From Sphingobacteriales bacterium (lineage in GTDB: Bacteria > Bacteroidota > Bacteroidia > Chitinophagales > CAIOSU01): DNA of 64,000 nt. The stretch lies in assembly GCA_027486795.1 (NCBI GenBank), contig JAIXOI010000040.1, forward strand, positions 10,972 to 74,971, written 5' to 3'. Below the pieces are notes generated by a model. It saw only the letters and a program-made list of their open reading frames with translations, was not told where the DNA came from and ran no database searches. Shown here piece by piece: positions 36,455 to 46,736 of the stretch; position 1 is the first letter of the stretch, and the number at the start of each line of letters is the position of its first letter. Made by a program: the position numbers and the translations under genes.

Positions 36455-38080
36455 CTATTTCCTCAACACACAATCCCCAATAACCAATACATCCATACCA
36501 CAACCATAGAACGCCGAAACGGCATCGATGGGGGAGTGGACGATGGGCTCGTTGTCGCGGTTGAAGCTGGTATTGAGCACTACGCCGTGGCCATTGAGCT
36601 TTTTGAAGTGCTGCAATAATTGGTAATAAAGGGGGTTTTGTCGTGTATTAACGGTCTGTATGCGGGCAGTGCCATCAACGTGCGTAATAGCAGGCAACTG
36701 CTTGGCTGCCGCGGGTTTCACGTTGTAAGTAATGGTCATATACGGGGCAATGGCTTGTGCACCCTCAAAGTATAGTGTTGAATCTTCCTCTAATACCGAT
36801 GGGCAAAATGGCCTAAACGACTCGCGGAACTTGATTTTAAGGTTTACCAACTCTTGCATATCCGCGCGGGTTGGGTCGGCGAGGATGCTGCGACAACCAA
36901 GGGCGCGGGGACCAAACTCATCCCTGCCCTGCACCCAGCCCACTACTTTGCCAGCGTGTATGGCTTCGGCTGCAATTAAGGCAGGGTCGGCAACGCGCTC
37001 GTAGGTGGCATGTAGTTGGTCCAGTATATGGCTTATTTCCTGGTTGCTGTATCCCCGGCCCCAATAAACATTATCGGTAGGCACTGGCTTTTGCCCTACT
37101 GCTGCTGAGGCCAACATAGCTGCACCTAACGAAATACCCGCATCGCTGCTGGCGGGTTGAATAAACAGGGCCTCCACTTCGGGCAGGTCCATGAGTTTTT
37201 GGTTGACCACACAATTGAGTGCCACGCCGCCCGCTAGGCACAACTTGCGGATGCCAGTCTGTGCTATGTAATGCTTTACGATATTGGTAATGGCTGCTTC
37301 CAGATGCCATTGTGCACTGGCGCCAATGTTCTTGAACCGTTCGTCCAACGCTTCGCCTTTGCGGCGGTTAGTGCCCAGTTTGTCCATCAACTTCTGATTG
37401 AAAAACATCTCCTGTTTGCTGGGTTGTGGTTGGCCGGGTTTTATTTCTACTAAGTAACTAGTATCCAGCGTATATTGGCCTTCATCGTGCAAGCCCAATA
37501 GCCAATCGAAATTATAGCTACCGCCATCGCCATAGCTCGATAGGCCCATCAGTTTGTACTCGTCGCTATCTTTCTTAAAGCCACAATATTGGGTTATCAA
37601 GCTGTAAAACAGTCCCAAGCTGTTGGGTCGCTCAAAGCGGTGCAATAGCTTCAGTCCATCGGCATTACCTATGCTTACTTGTGTGCAAACGCCATCGCCA
37701 GAGCCATCAATGGATATTACTAACGCCTCATCATATCCTGCCGCATAAAAGGCACTGGCACTGTGGCAATCGTGGTGGTGGTAGCGCTGTATAGTGGGCA
37801 CATGGCCAAAGGTGTTTTTGAAATACCCTGTAAGCACCTCTTGGTATTGATCGCCCCAAGTGCTGCCGTGGGTGGCTACTATGTCAATGTCTTGTATGGT
37901 AATTCCGCCAATGCTCAATACTTCCACAATAGCACGTTCAGGCAGTTGGTTGGGCGAGTTTTTTACCCGGTTAAGGCGCTCCTCTTCAATGGCGGCAATT
38001 ACTTCGCCGTCCTTCATCAGTACGGCAGAGATATCTTGATACCCCATGCGCACACCACCATTTATACCGAGTATGTACAT
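36455..38080 (-). CDS. carbamoyltransferase (NodU/CmcH family)
   Basis: The N-terminus YILGINGG...QDISAVL..DGE...AIEEERLNR.K and the length fit the family. I place the start at Met25, 2 nt after the upstream stop. Confidence 0.85.
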   Translation of the reverse strand: MYILGINGGVRMGYQDISAVLMKDGEVIAAIEEERLNRVKNSPNQLPERAIVEVLSIGGITIQDIDIVATHGSTWGDQYQEVLTGYFKNTFGHVPTIQRYHHHDCHSASAFYAAGYDEALVISIDGSGDGVCTQVSIGNADGLKLLHRFERPNSLGLFYSLITQYCGFKKDSDEYKLMGLSSYGDGGSYNFDWLLGLHDEGQYTLDTSYLVEIKPGQPQPSKQEMFFNQKLMDKLGTNRRKGEALDERFKNIGASAQWHLEAAITNIVKHYIAQTGIRKLCLAGGVALNCVVNQKLMDLPEVEALFIQPASSDAGISLGAAMLASAAVGQKPVPTDNVYWGRGYSNQEISHILDQLHATYERVADPALIAAEAIHAGKVVGWVQGRDEFGPRALGCRSILADPTRADMQELVNLKIKFRESFRPFCPSVLEEDSTLYFEGAQAIAPYMTITYNVKPAAAKQLPAITHVDGTARIQTVNTRQNPLYYQLLQHFKKLNGHGVVLNTSFNRDNEPIVHSPIDAVSAFYGCGMDVLVIGDCVLRK

Positions 38081-38082
38081 GC

Positions 38083-39303
38083 TTAGCGCCCGTGTTTGTA
38101 GTACTTCAAATAAGCAACTTTTGGCAATAGGTTCATTTGCGACATAAGCCATACCATTGGCCTAGCTAGCTTTATTAGTGGGTAGCTGGTTGGTAGGTCG
38201 TGAAAGTCTTTAGCAGGCAATGCCAAGTAGTTATCAAATTCTTCTTGGGTAATGCCCAAACGCTTAATGCAAAGCTGTATCACCTTTGGGTCTTCAATGG
38301 CGTATATACCATGTGCTCTCGCCAAAGCATCTTCTCGCTTCAATTCACCATTGCGCACCAGTGCCGAGTCGCTGTTCATGTTCATATCAATATTGAACTT
38401 CACCCGGTGCACATATTTAATCAAGCTGTGGTATAGGTCGTCAAAGTAATGCGCGCCAGGGTATACCCATTCTAAGTTTTCGGTGATTATTTTCTCTGCC
38501 GTTGGGCGGTGATAATCGCTGTAATACATTGGGGTAAACGTGCGGATGCCACGCTGAACGGTGTAATAGAACATCTCCTTTACGCCCATATTAAAGCCTG
38601 GGTCGTTGGGGGTCCAAGGGCGCAGGGGCAGGTCGCTGTGCATTTTATGCACTGCCCGCAGGTAGTCGCCATCAAAGTAAGCCCACGAAAGCGGTTTCAC
38701 GCCTTCGGTGCGGAACGATTGCCCAATCAATATATACTTTACGTTTTCTTTAGCAGCTACCCCAAAAAGCGATGACGCAATACCAATGTCAGTACCCAAA
38801 TTCAAATCGGGGCACGATGCTTTCAGGAAATCTATTTTCAGTTGTTTGCCCTCGCGCCAATCGCTGGTAATGGTGCGTAGTTCCACGCCCAGTATGCGGC
38901 AGGCGTTTATCATGTTCTCGCCTGCAACAGGGTTATCAAAGCCATCGTTAAAGTGCACGGCAATGGCACGCAGGCCCCATTCTTTTACCACTTTCCATAG
39001 CAAGTAAATGCTATCTCTGCCGCCGCTTATGCCTACTACTACATCAAACTTGCGGTTCTTGCCTTTTTCCTTTATCTCTGCAAATATTTTATCTAATATG
39101 GCCTTGCCTTTTTCCCCGTTAGGGAACATACCATCTAGTTTGTCCCACAGGTGGCAAAAGTTGCATTCGCCATTATGATCGAAAGAAATACCAGGCACGG
39201 TGCTGTCTTGCACACAGCGAGTGCAAATTTGGTAGGTAAGTTCGGGGTGCAACTTACCATTTACTACTACTCCCTTTTCACCTATTTTAAATGAGTTCGT
39301 CAA
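38083..39303 (-). CDS. N-acetyl sugar amidotransferase (PP-loop ATP pyrophosphatase; WbpG/PseA/WbuX type)
   Basis: N-terminal Cys motif CTRCV.D...PGISFD..GECNFC followed by the PP-loop GISGGRDS. Confidence 0.8.
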   Translation of the reverse strand: MTNSFKIGEKGVVVNGKLHPELTYQICTRCVQDSTVPGISFDHNGECNFCHLWDKLDGMFPNGEKGKAILDKIFAEIKEKGKNRKFDVVVGISGGRDSIYLLWKVVKEWGLRAIAVHFNDGFDNPVAGENMINACRILGVELRTITSDWREGKQLKIDFLKASCPDLNLGTDIGIASSLFGVAAKENVKYILIGQSFRTEGVKPLSWAYFDGDYLRAVHKMHSDLPLRPWTPNDPGFNMGVKEMFYYTVQRGIRTFTPMYYSDYHRPTAEKIITENLEWVYPGAHYFDDLYHSLIKYVHRVKFNIDMNMNSDSALVRNGELKREDALARAHGIYAIEDPKVIQLCIKRLGITQEEFDNYLALPAKDFHDLPTSYPLIKLARPMVWLMSQMNLLPKVAYLKYYKHGR

Positions 39304-40126
39304 ACTGGTAGCCTTTGTTTTTAAGCATTTCGCCTATTTGGGTTCCTTTTTCAGGGCGCTCAGGCACTTCAAACTCAATAGTACGCAATTCGCCGGCAAA
39401 TTCATTAAACTGCCCTTTGGTTAATACGCCATCTTTGCTCACTACCAAACTGCAGCCCACCATTTTTTTACCCTCGTAAGGGCCGCCCACAATATAGCCC
39501 ACGCTGGTGGTGCTTACCACCACTAGGTTGTGTAAGCGTGCCAATATCGAGAAAGGCTTTTCCCACTTATCGCGGTAGGGGTCGTCTTCTTCGGTAATAT
39601 GGTAGTCTACCGTCCATGAGCTGGGCGACAGGATGATTTGTGCACCCATTCGGGCTAGCGTATGCCCAATGTGCAAGGAGTCGCTATAGTTGTCGGCGCA
39701 TATGTTGAGGCCTATTTTACCAAATGGCGTATCAATTACGTTCAGCGTTTGCCCCACCTGGTAGTATGGGTGCTCCACCACCAGTAGGTTTATCTTTTGC
39801 GCTTTGCCGATAATGGTGCCTTGGTTGTCAATAAGCAATGAGGTGTTGTAGTTCACATCGCCTACCTTTTCGGTAAGGCCTACACAAATGTAAATGTTGT
39901 GTTCTTTAGCAGCGTTGGTAAACACTTCGCTAAACGGCCCCGGTATGGGTTCGCTTTCTTTCAGCGAGCTGGGGTGGGTCCAAGCAAAATCAATGGTTTC
40001 GGGCAGAATGATAATGTCGCAACCTTCCTTGGCGGCCTTGATTATCATCTTTTGCGCGCGCTCAAAATTTCTCCAGGGCTCGCCGCCTTCTACCAATAAC
40101 TGCCCCAGACCTATCTTTACCTTCAT
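39287..40126 (-). CDS. carbon-nitrogen hydrolase (nitrilase superfamily) protein
   Basis: E-K-C triad context (ILPET; K in QKINL; GLNICADN). I place the start at MKVKIGLGQ. The 3' end overlaps the amidotransferase start by 17 nt. Confidence 0.8.
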   Translation of the reverse strand: MKVKIGLGQLLVEGGEPWRNFERAQKMIIKAAKEGCDIIILPETIDFAWTHPSSLKESEPIPGPFSEVFTNAAKEHNIYICVGLTEKVGDVNYNTSLLIDNQGTIIGKAQKINLLVVEHPYYQVGQTLNVIDTPFGKIGLNICADNYSDSLHIGHTLARMGAQIILSPSSWTVDYHITEEDDPYRDKWEKPFSILARLHNLVVVSTTSVGYIVGGPYEGKKMVGCSLVVSKDGVLTKGQFNEFAGELRTIEFEVPERPEKGTQIGEMLKNKGYQFDELI

Positions 40127-40365
40127 AAGTGTTAGTGTGCCTCTCAAAAATAGTGAAATTATTGTTTTCGATGTTGGCTGATTTTGTTTGAAATGTCCGG
40201 CCAACGGCATAAAGTAGCTGATTTTATTGTGGAGTTGAGTTTGAGTTGCTGAAATTCAATTTTCTTTTTAGTATCCTGTTTAAATCGCCCCAATACCGAA
40301 CCCTCCCCACTAAACCGATGTTTAAACATTTTTATGCGCATCTTTATGCCTAGTTTTGCATCGCA

Positions 40366-41613
40366 ATGACCCGTAAGGAAAAAATACTGTTATCTATTTT
40401 AGCCATCATCAAGTTCGTGCACATCATGGATTTTATGATTATGATGCCCCTAGGGCCGCAGCTAATGAAGGCTTTTAACATTAGCCCTGCACAGTTTGGT
40501 GCCATCGTATCTAGCTACGGGTTTAGCGCGGGCATATTTGGTTTTGTTGGTGCATTTTTCATCGATAAGTTTGATCGGAAAGTAGCCTTGGTTTATCTGT
40601 TTGCTGGCTTTACTATTGGTACCCTATCGTGTGCTTTTGCCCCTACCCATCATTGGTTGATTGCAGCACGTATATTTACAGGGGCTTTTGGTGGTATATT
40701 AGGCGCATTGGTTTTGTCCATCGTTGCCGACCAATTTCCCGCCGAGCGCCGTTCATCAGCCATGGGCGTTATTATGGGCGCTTTTTCGGCAGCATCGGTG
40801 TTGGGGGTGCCGTTTGGTCTTTATATGGCTTCCATTTACAATTGGCAGGCACCTTTTATGTTGCTGGGTGGTATTAGTATTGCCATTTTTATAGCCATAC
40901 TATTTGTGGTTCCTAGCCTTCGGGCACATTTAGATCAAGTTAACCGACGCAGCCCTGTTGAGTTTTTAGTAAATATCTACAATAAACGCAGCCAACAATT
41001 GGCGCTGTTGTTAATGGTGCTGTTAATGTTCGGGCAGTTTAGTATAGTGCCGTACATAGCCCCATATATGGTGAGCAATGTGGGCTTTACCGAGCTGCAA
41101 CTTACCTACATATACTTGTTGGGCGGAGCGGTTACGCTTATCACTTCTCCGTTAATTGGCCGGTGGGCCGACAATGTGGGCAATGTGAAGATGTTTACCA
41201 TTATGGGCTTACTTGCATTAATTCCCATTGCTTTAATAACCAATTTGCCGCAAGTGCCTATTTATGTGGCTTTGATACCCACCACCATGTTCTTCATTTT
41301 TATTGGTGGCCGCATGATACCGGCCCTTACCATAATTACCTCAACCGCTATGCCGCAAAACCGTGGTGGATTTATGACCATAGTAACCAGCCTGCAAAAC
41401 ATAGCTTCTGCAGCAGCGGCGTTTTTGGCGGGGCTAATAATCGTGAAAAACGACTTGGGCCAATTGGAGCAATACGCCTACGTGGGCGGTGTGGCTATTA
41501 CTGCATCTATAGCCTGTATTGTATTGATAAGATATATAGCGCCAGCAACGCTACAACCAGCACCCATCGAAACGCCTATTCAAACAGCACCACCTGCCGA
41601 TATTCGTGCATAA
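40366..41613 (+). CDS. MFS transporter
   Basis: 12 predicted TM segments and a D-R-x-G-R-like loop (IDKFDRKV). Confidence 0.85.
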   Translation: MTRKEKILLSILAIIKFVHIMDFMIMMPLGPQLMKAFNISPAQFGAIVSSYGFSAGIFGFVGAFFIDKFDRKVALVYLFAGFTIGTLSCAFAPTHHWLIAARIFTGAFGGILGALVLSIVADQFPAERRSSAMGVIMGAFSAASVLGVPFGLYMASIYNWQAPFMLLGGISIAIFIAILFVVPSLRAHLDQVNRRSPVEFLVNIYNKRSQQLALLLMVLLMFGQFSIVPYIAPYMVSNVGFTELQLTYIYLLGGAVTLITSPLIGRWADNVGNVKMFTIMGLLALIPIALITNLPQVPIYVALIPTTMFFIFIGGRMIPALTIITSTAMPQNRGGFMTIVTSLQNIASAAAAFLAGLIIVKNDLGQLEQYAYVGGVAITASIACIVLIRYIAPATLQPAPIETPIQTAPPADIRA

Positions 41614-43237
41614 ATGCTGCCTCAAACTTGGCGTGTTGCTCTTCGCTGTATTTCAGCTTTGTAAATAGGTAATCGATAATGGTTGGGTAAATGGCCTCAA
41701 TGCTTTCCCTATCAAAATATAACCTGCCCGTGCGGCGCACCAAAAAGTCGGCAGGGGTGTATACGAGCTCTTCGGCAATGGCATAATCCAGCTCAGCAAG
41801 CAAAAGTTTATTGGCCCAATCGCCTTCTTTGGTTTCGGCGTTAGCCAATATGGTTGGCGTGTTGCTACCATATTTTTCAACTAGTATGCGCGCCTCAATA
41901 GGTGCAAGGCCAGTTTGTTCCTGCACTTTTACAACCAGTTGGGCCACTTCGGTAGGGTTTGCAAACTGGCCCCCGCTCAGCTTTATCATGTGAGTGGTGC
42001 AGGGTTGGTAGGTCTTTTGCTTTTCTTTGGTTAGTTGGTCGGCTACAATATCAACGGTGCGCTCTGCCATTTTACGAAAACCCGTAAGCTTGCCACCTGC
42101 TATAGAAATAACGCCACTCGGGCTATGGAAGATCTCGTCTTTACGGCTCAGTTCAGATGGGTCTTTGCCGTCTTCGTGAATCAATGGCCTTAACCCTGCC
42201 CAACTAGAGGTTACGTCGGCCATAACCAGGTTTTGACCCGGTACTATAAAATTGATAGCCTTCAACAAATACTCAACATCGGCTTTATTGGTTTCTGGCT
42301 TATCAATAGCGCCTTTGTAATTGGTATCGGTAGTGCCAATGTAGGTTACCTTGTCGCGGGGTATGGCAAATATCATGCGGCCACCGGCCACATCAAAATA
42401 GATGGCTTGTTTTAGCGGCAACCTGCTATAAGGCACTACTATGTGCACGCCTTTAGTTAGGTGTAGGCGCTTACCTTTAAGTGAGTTGTCGCTTTGGCGC
42501 AGCTCATCAACCCACGGACCAGCGGCATTTACTATTTTGTCGGCTTTTATGGCAAAGGTTTTGCCGCTAATGGTATCTACCACATGGGCACCTACTGCTT
42601 TTTTGTTGTCGTACACAAAACTATTGGCCTGCAGGTAATTGAGTGCCACCGCGCCTTTTGCCACGGCTGTTTTCAATACTTCAATTACCAAGCGGGCATC
42701 GTCGGTGCGGTATTCTTTGTACAGGCCACCTCCTACCACTACCTCATCGCGAAGCAATGGCTCTTGTTTCATGGTTTGCTCTTTACTAAGCATTACGCGG
42801 CGCTCGCTGCGTTTTACGCCGGCCAAAACATCATACACATACAAGCCAACTGAAGTAGAGCCTTTGCCCAACGAGCCTTCTTTGATAATGGGCAATAGCA
42901 TATTCTCTGGGTGTACTACGTGCGGGGCGTTGCGCCAAATAATGTCGCGTTCGCGGCCCACTTCGCGCACCAAAGCAATTTCAAACTGCTTAAGGTAACG
43001 CAGGCCGCCGTGTATTAGTTTGGTGCTGCGGCTGCTGGTGCCCGAGGCAAAATCGTGCTTCTCTATTAAAGCCACCGTCATGCCACGCGCCACCGCATCT
43101 AGGGCAATGCCGGCACCCGTTATGCCACCCCCAATTACTAAAAGGTCAAAGGTTTGTTGTTGAAGTTCTTGGATGGTTTCTTCCCTTTTAAGGGATGACA
43201 ATTGTGGATGGGCCATGGCAGATAATAATACCTGCAA
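41576..43237 (-). CDS. glpD: FAD-dependent glycerol-3-phosphate dehydrogenase/oxidase
   Basis: DLLVIGGGITGAGIALDA dinucleotide fold, GGLRYL, and a C-terminal alpha-helical domain typical of GlpD. The start may be 43216. Confidence 0.85.
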   Translation of the reverse strand: MQVLLSAMAHPQLSSLKREETIQELQQQTFDLLVIGGGITGAGIALDAVARGMTVALIEKHDFASGTSSRSTKLIHGGLRYLKQFEIALVREVGRERDIIWRNAPHVVHPENMLLPIIKEGSLGKGSTSVGLYVYDVLAGVKRSERRVMLSKEQTMKQEPLLRDEVVVGGGLYKEYRTDDARLVIEVLKTAVAKGAVALNYLQANSFVYDNKKAVGAHVVDTISGKTFAIKADKIVNAAGPWVDELRQSDNSLKGKRLHLTKGVHIVVPYSRLPLKQAIYFDVAGGRMIFAIPRDKVTYIGTTDTNYKGAIDKPETNKADVEYLLKAINFIVPGQNLVMADVTSSWAGLRPLIHEDGKDPSELSRKDEIFHSPSGVISIAGGKLTGFRKMAERTVDIVADQLTKEKQKTYQPCTTHMIKLSGGQFANPTEVAQLVVKVQEQTGLAPIEARILVEKYGSNTPTILANAETKEGDWANKLLLAELDYAIAEELVYTPADFLVRRTGRLYFDRESIEAIYPTIIDYLFTKLKYSEEQHAKFEAAFMHEYRQVVLFE

Positions 43238-43353
43238 AGGTAACGGATAATGAGCGGTTTTGTTGAGTTTTGGGCTGAAAACTGAGTGTTATCAGCTTAC
43301 TTTTTGGACATTTTCAGGTTCAAAACGCCAAATACTTTTCATTGCCTCCTAGT

Positions 43354-44007
43354 TTACTCACAAAACAACAACTGGAAATCAGCTTCAGAAATGCTCAACG
43401 AGTCCCCACTGTTACTATACAACATTGCCGAAAACTCGCCCCGAGCCATCAACTGATAAGTTGGGCTGTAAGTTTGTACATAGTTGTTGGCAGTAGAAAC
43501 TGCATCCTCAGAAAAACGAAACGAAAACCTATTATCGGTAGCAATGGAGCCCCAAGGATAGTTTTGGGTGGCGTATCGTTCGTTGGTGGACAGGTTTGTA
43601 GCGTCTATGGATAAACCAAAACCACTATTCTCGGCAAAAGGCACATTACCCACATCAAGAGCGGTAATCCCATCAAAGCTCTGGTGTACCCAGTTCTGTC
43701 CATCATCTTGCAAACTGGCCTTATCGGCCGTGGTCTTGTAGCTAATGGTTATTGACCATCCCTTGGTATTTGACAATATCCTTGAGCTGTATATCAAAAT
43801 GCACGGGCTATCAATAGATGCCTCACAAAAGCTTTGGAAAGAGCAATCGTTTGCATTCCTTGCGGCAACGTTCTCCAACTCAACATAATCACCATTCAGC
43901 TTAGCTTTGATGCCATAGCCTGCATCAAATGGGTCTATATTATCCTTTTTGCAGGCAGTAAGACTTACTGTTAAAGTGCAAAACATGACCAATAACAACC
44001 TAGTCAT
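43354..44007 (-). CDS. hypothetical lipoprotein
   Basis: Lipobox LTAC after a signal peptide. No recognisable domain. Confidence 0.55.
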   Translation of the reverse strand: MTRLLLVMFCTLTVSLTACKKDNIDPFDAGYGIKAKLNGDYVELENVAARNANDCSFQSFCEASIDSPCILIYSSRILSNTKGWSITISYKTTADKASLQDDGQNWVHQSFDGITALDVGNVPFAENSGFGLSIDATNLSTNERYATQNYPWGSIATDNRFSFRFSEDAVSTANNYVQTYSPTYQLMARGEFSAMLYSNSGDSLSISEADFQLLFCE

Positions 44008-44137
44008 ATAATATGATTTATCGACAAGTTAATCATAATTCTTGTTATCAAACTATTGCATCGCTAATAACAGACTCTATGCATAGCCATTTCGCTAAAG
44101 AACCCTTAAATTTGAACCGACCCAAAACCCCATATCC

Positions 44138-44560
44138 ATGGCAAACGAGCAGAAAACCTACACCGATAAAGCCCCAAAACCCGTGGGTGCATACCCGCAT
44201 AGCCATAGGGTGGGCAATTTGCTGTTCCTGTCGGGCATAGGGCCGCGCAAACCGGGCACAAATGAGATACCGGGCCTAAAGTTGGATGAACAGGGTAATA
44301 TACTGGAGTATGATATTGTGGCGGAGTGCCATAGCGTTTTCGCTAACGTGCGCACTGTGCTAGAAGAAAGCGGCAGCAAATGGGAAAATTTGGTAGACGT
44401 AACCGTGTTCCTTACCAACATGAAGGCCGACTTTAAGCAGTACAACGAGGTATATGCCGAGTACTTTAAAGATGCACAGCCCTGCCGCACTACGGTAGAA
44501 ATAAAAAGCCTGCCCACGCCCATTGGCATTGAGCTAAAGTGTATTGCTACTATTGATTAA
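44138..44560 (+). CDS. ridA: RidA/YjgF-family reactive intermediate deaminase
   Basis: KAPKPVGAYPH....GNLLFLSG and PCRTTVE..SLP....IE motifs. Confidence 0.85.
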   Translation: MANEQKTYTDKAPKPVGAYPHSHRVGNLLFLSGIGPRKPGTNEIPGLKLDEQGNILEYDIVAECHSVFANVRTVLEESGSKWENLVDVTVFLTNMKADFKQYNEVYAEYFKDAQPCRTTVEIKSLPTPIGIELKCIATID

Positions 44561-45500
44561 GGGCATCTTCGGTGGCTTTGCGGCCCCAGTCTTGTAGTTC
44601 TTGCTCGCTCCAAAGCTCCGGGAAAAAAGTAACCCTGCGGGCGCGTGCCGGCAAGTACTGTTGCCAGTTGGTGCCGCCGCTGGCCTTAATATCTTGCGGC
44701 TTTTTCATGAGGTAGCGCACCGCGCTTTTGTAGTGCATGCTAGGCCACTCCACGTTGGCGGCATGATCAAAGGCACGCATTTCGGCAATTACTTCTGGGT
44801 TTTGTTGGTCTGCTTCGGGTAGGCGGTGGTAGCGTTCTAGCACATTGGTATCTCTATATTCGGCCAAAAGGCGCTTAAACTCTTCGGCATACTTCAATTC
44901 AAACTGGCGCAAGGTAAGGGTTTGCTTTCCTGATGCCAGCTCGGTAGCGCCTTTTTTCCAGTAAAGGTTGTTGTATAGTTCGTCGGGTGTGGCACTAGCC
45001 ATGGCCTCGCGGGTTTCGTAGGCGGTTAGGTAGCGGGTCTCGGTGGCGGCAATCTCTATCATGCGGTATTGAGCGCTCTGGAAACCGCTAGCAGGCAACA
45101 ACGCCATACGGAAACTTAGGAACTGGTCCTTGTCCATGCCATCCACCATTATCTCGAAGCTCGATATCAAGGCTTTGTAGTAACTATTGATGCGCTTTAG
45201 TTGTATTATCAATTGCTCACCAGTAAGCACTTCTGCTTTAGCCACTTGTTCCAGGGCGTGGCGTATGAGTTTCATGTATAACTCTGTTATCTGATGGTAC
45301 ATAATGAAAATCTTCTCATCAGGGAACGGTGTGCGGGGTGTTTGCAGGTTAAGCAGTACATCTAAGTGGATGTAATCCCAGTAGGTAAGGTAGTCGGCAT
45401 ACAGCAGCCCATCAATGTACGAGAGCATATCTTGCCCCATTACGGCATACTTGCCTTGCAGTTTTACCAACCGCTCTTCTAGTTCGGGTGTTATTTCCAT
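44550..45500 (-). CDS. kynA: tryptophan 2,3-dioxygenase
   Basis: YWDYIHLDVLLNLQ, IMYHQITELYMKL and SGFQSAQYR motifs of the TDO family. Confidence 0.8.
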   Translation of the reverse strand: MEITPELEERLVKLQGKYAVMGQDMLSYIDGLLYADYLTYWDYIHLDVLLNLQTPRTPFPDEKIFIMYHQITELYMKLIRHALEQVAKAEVLTGEQLIIQLKRINSYYKALISSFEIMVDGMDKDQFLSFRMALLPASGFQSAQYRMIEIAATETRYLTAYETREAMASATPDELYNNLYWKKGATELASGKQTLTLRQFELKYAEEFKRLLAEYRDTNVLERYHRLPEADQQNPEVIAEMRAFDHAANVEWPSMHYKSAVRYLMKKPQDIKASGGTNWQQYLPARARRVTFFPELWSEQELQDWGRKATEDALNQ

Positions 45501-45585
45501 CGTTCAAAGATGGCATTTGCTGGGTGAAATAGCAAATAATGCCTAACGATTGTTAGCTGACTTTGGTTAGGTATCAAGGCAGTCG

Positions 45586-46734
45586 CTATACCTTAGCCGT
45601 TTTAACAGCCTTAATGCGGCGCAGCCTATCGCGGGCAGCTTGCTTGCGCTTGCCCAATTGGTACAGCACTTGGAAGATTAAAAACACGGCCAAGAAATAG
45701 CCTAGTGCCAATAAGGTATAGCCAAAGTTCCAATCGTTTTCGTAGTAAGGGTAGATAAACATTACAATGCCCACCGAGGCCAATGATACACTGCCCAACA
45801 GAACGGCTACCCAAGTATCGCTCATGCCCAGATAGGCTAGGTGGTGGGCTATGTGGTCTTTGCCGCCCACAAACGGCGATTGGCGGCGTGCCAAGCGCCT
45901 AATAACTACAGTACCGGTATCGCATAGCGGTACTATAAACAGCAGCAGCGGGATAACGAACTGCCTTAAATCGAACATACCGATAAACGGTGTGCGTATG
46001 TTCCAGAAGAACATGATACTGATGGCTGCCAAAAACACGCCCAGAAACTGGCTGCCTGTGTCGCCCATGTACATACGCGAGGGGTGCCAATTGAAGAACA
46101 AGAAGCCAATTAATGCCCCCGAAACGCCCAACATGATTACGATGTACGAATTGTCGACCGTGCCATTGAGCAGGGTAAGTACCATAGCCCCAAGCAATAT
46201 GGTTATGCTCACGGTGCTGGTAATAGCATCCATGTTATCGAGCATATTGATGGAGTTCATCAACCCAATTATCCAAAGGATGGTGAAAATGTAGTTAAAC
46301 TCTAGGCTTTCGGTTACCGGTATGGTGTAGCTGGTAAGTATGAGTAGGTTGGCACAGGTAAACTGCCCAATGAACTTAACCAATGGGTTGGTATTGTAGG
46401 CATCGTCGGCCAGACCAATCAAAAAGCCCAAGCTGCTGGCAGCCATAAGACCAATGAGCTGTTTGTTGAAGTATGAGCCATCTGCTCCGCCACCACCGCC
46501 AACTACCCCAAGCACCGATAGGGAAACTAGAAAGATGATATAGAACGAAAACCCGCCCAAAGAAGGCTTGCTACCCAAACCCCAACGCACTTGGCCGGGA
46601 CCTCCACCTTGGTCGCGCATGCCCAAATTACTTGAGAAGCGCAATATTAAGAAGTTGATAAGTATAGAAAAAGAGATCGCAATGACGAAGAACATGCCAT
46701 AGAAAAGGTACTTATATCCCAATTCAGTCTCCAT
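45586..46734 (-). CDS. MraY/WecA-family polyprenyl-phosphate N-acetylhexosamine-1-phosphate transferase (initiating glycosyltransferase)
   Basis: Multi-TM protein with DDAYN, NMLDNMD and MGDTGSQFLG motifs. Confidence 0.85.
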   Translation of the reverse strand: METELGYKYLFYGMFFVIAISFSILINFLILRFSSNLGMRDQGGGPGQVRWGLGSKPSLGGFSFYIIFLVSLSVLGVVGGGGGADGSYFNKQLIGLMAASSLGFLIGLADDAYNTNPLVKFIGQFTCANLLILTSYTIPVTESLEFNYIFTILWIIGLMNSINMLDNMDAITSTVSITILLGAMVLTLLNGTVDNSYIVIMLGVSGALIGFLFFNWHPSRMYMGDTGSQFLGVFLAAISIMFFWNIRTPFIGMFDLRQFVIPLLLFIVPLCDTGTVVIRRLARRQSPFVGGKDHIAHHLAYLGMSDTWVAVLLGSVSLASVGIVMFIYPYYENDWNFGYTLLALGYFLAVFLIFQVLYQLGKRKQAARDRLRRIKAVKTAKV

Positions 46735-46736
46735 TG

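Noticed and set aside
41576-41613. The convergent gene-end overlaps: MFS/glpD 38 nt, ridA/kynA 11 nt at 44550-44560, and membrane protein/GT 55 nt at 54503-54557.
   Set aside because: These are ordinary convergent overlaps in compact genomes. There is no evidence of frameshift or fusion.
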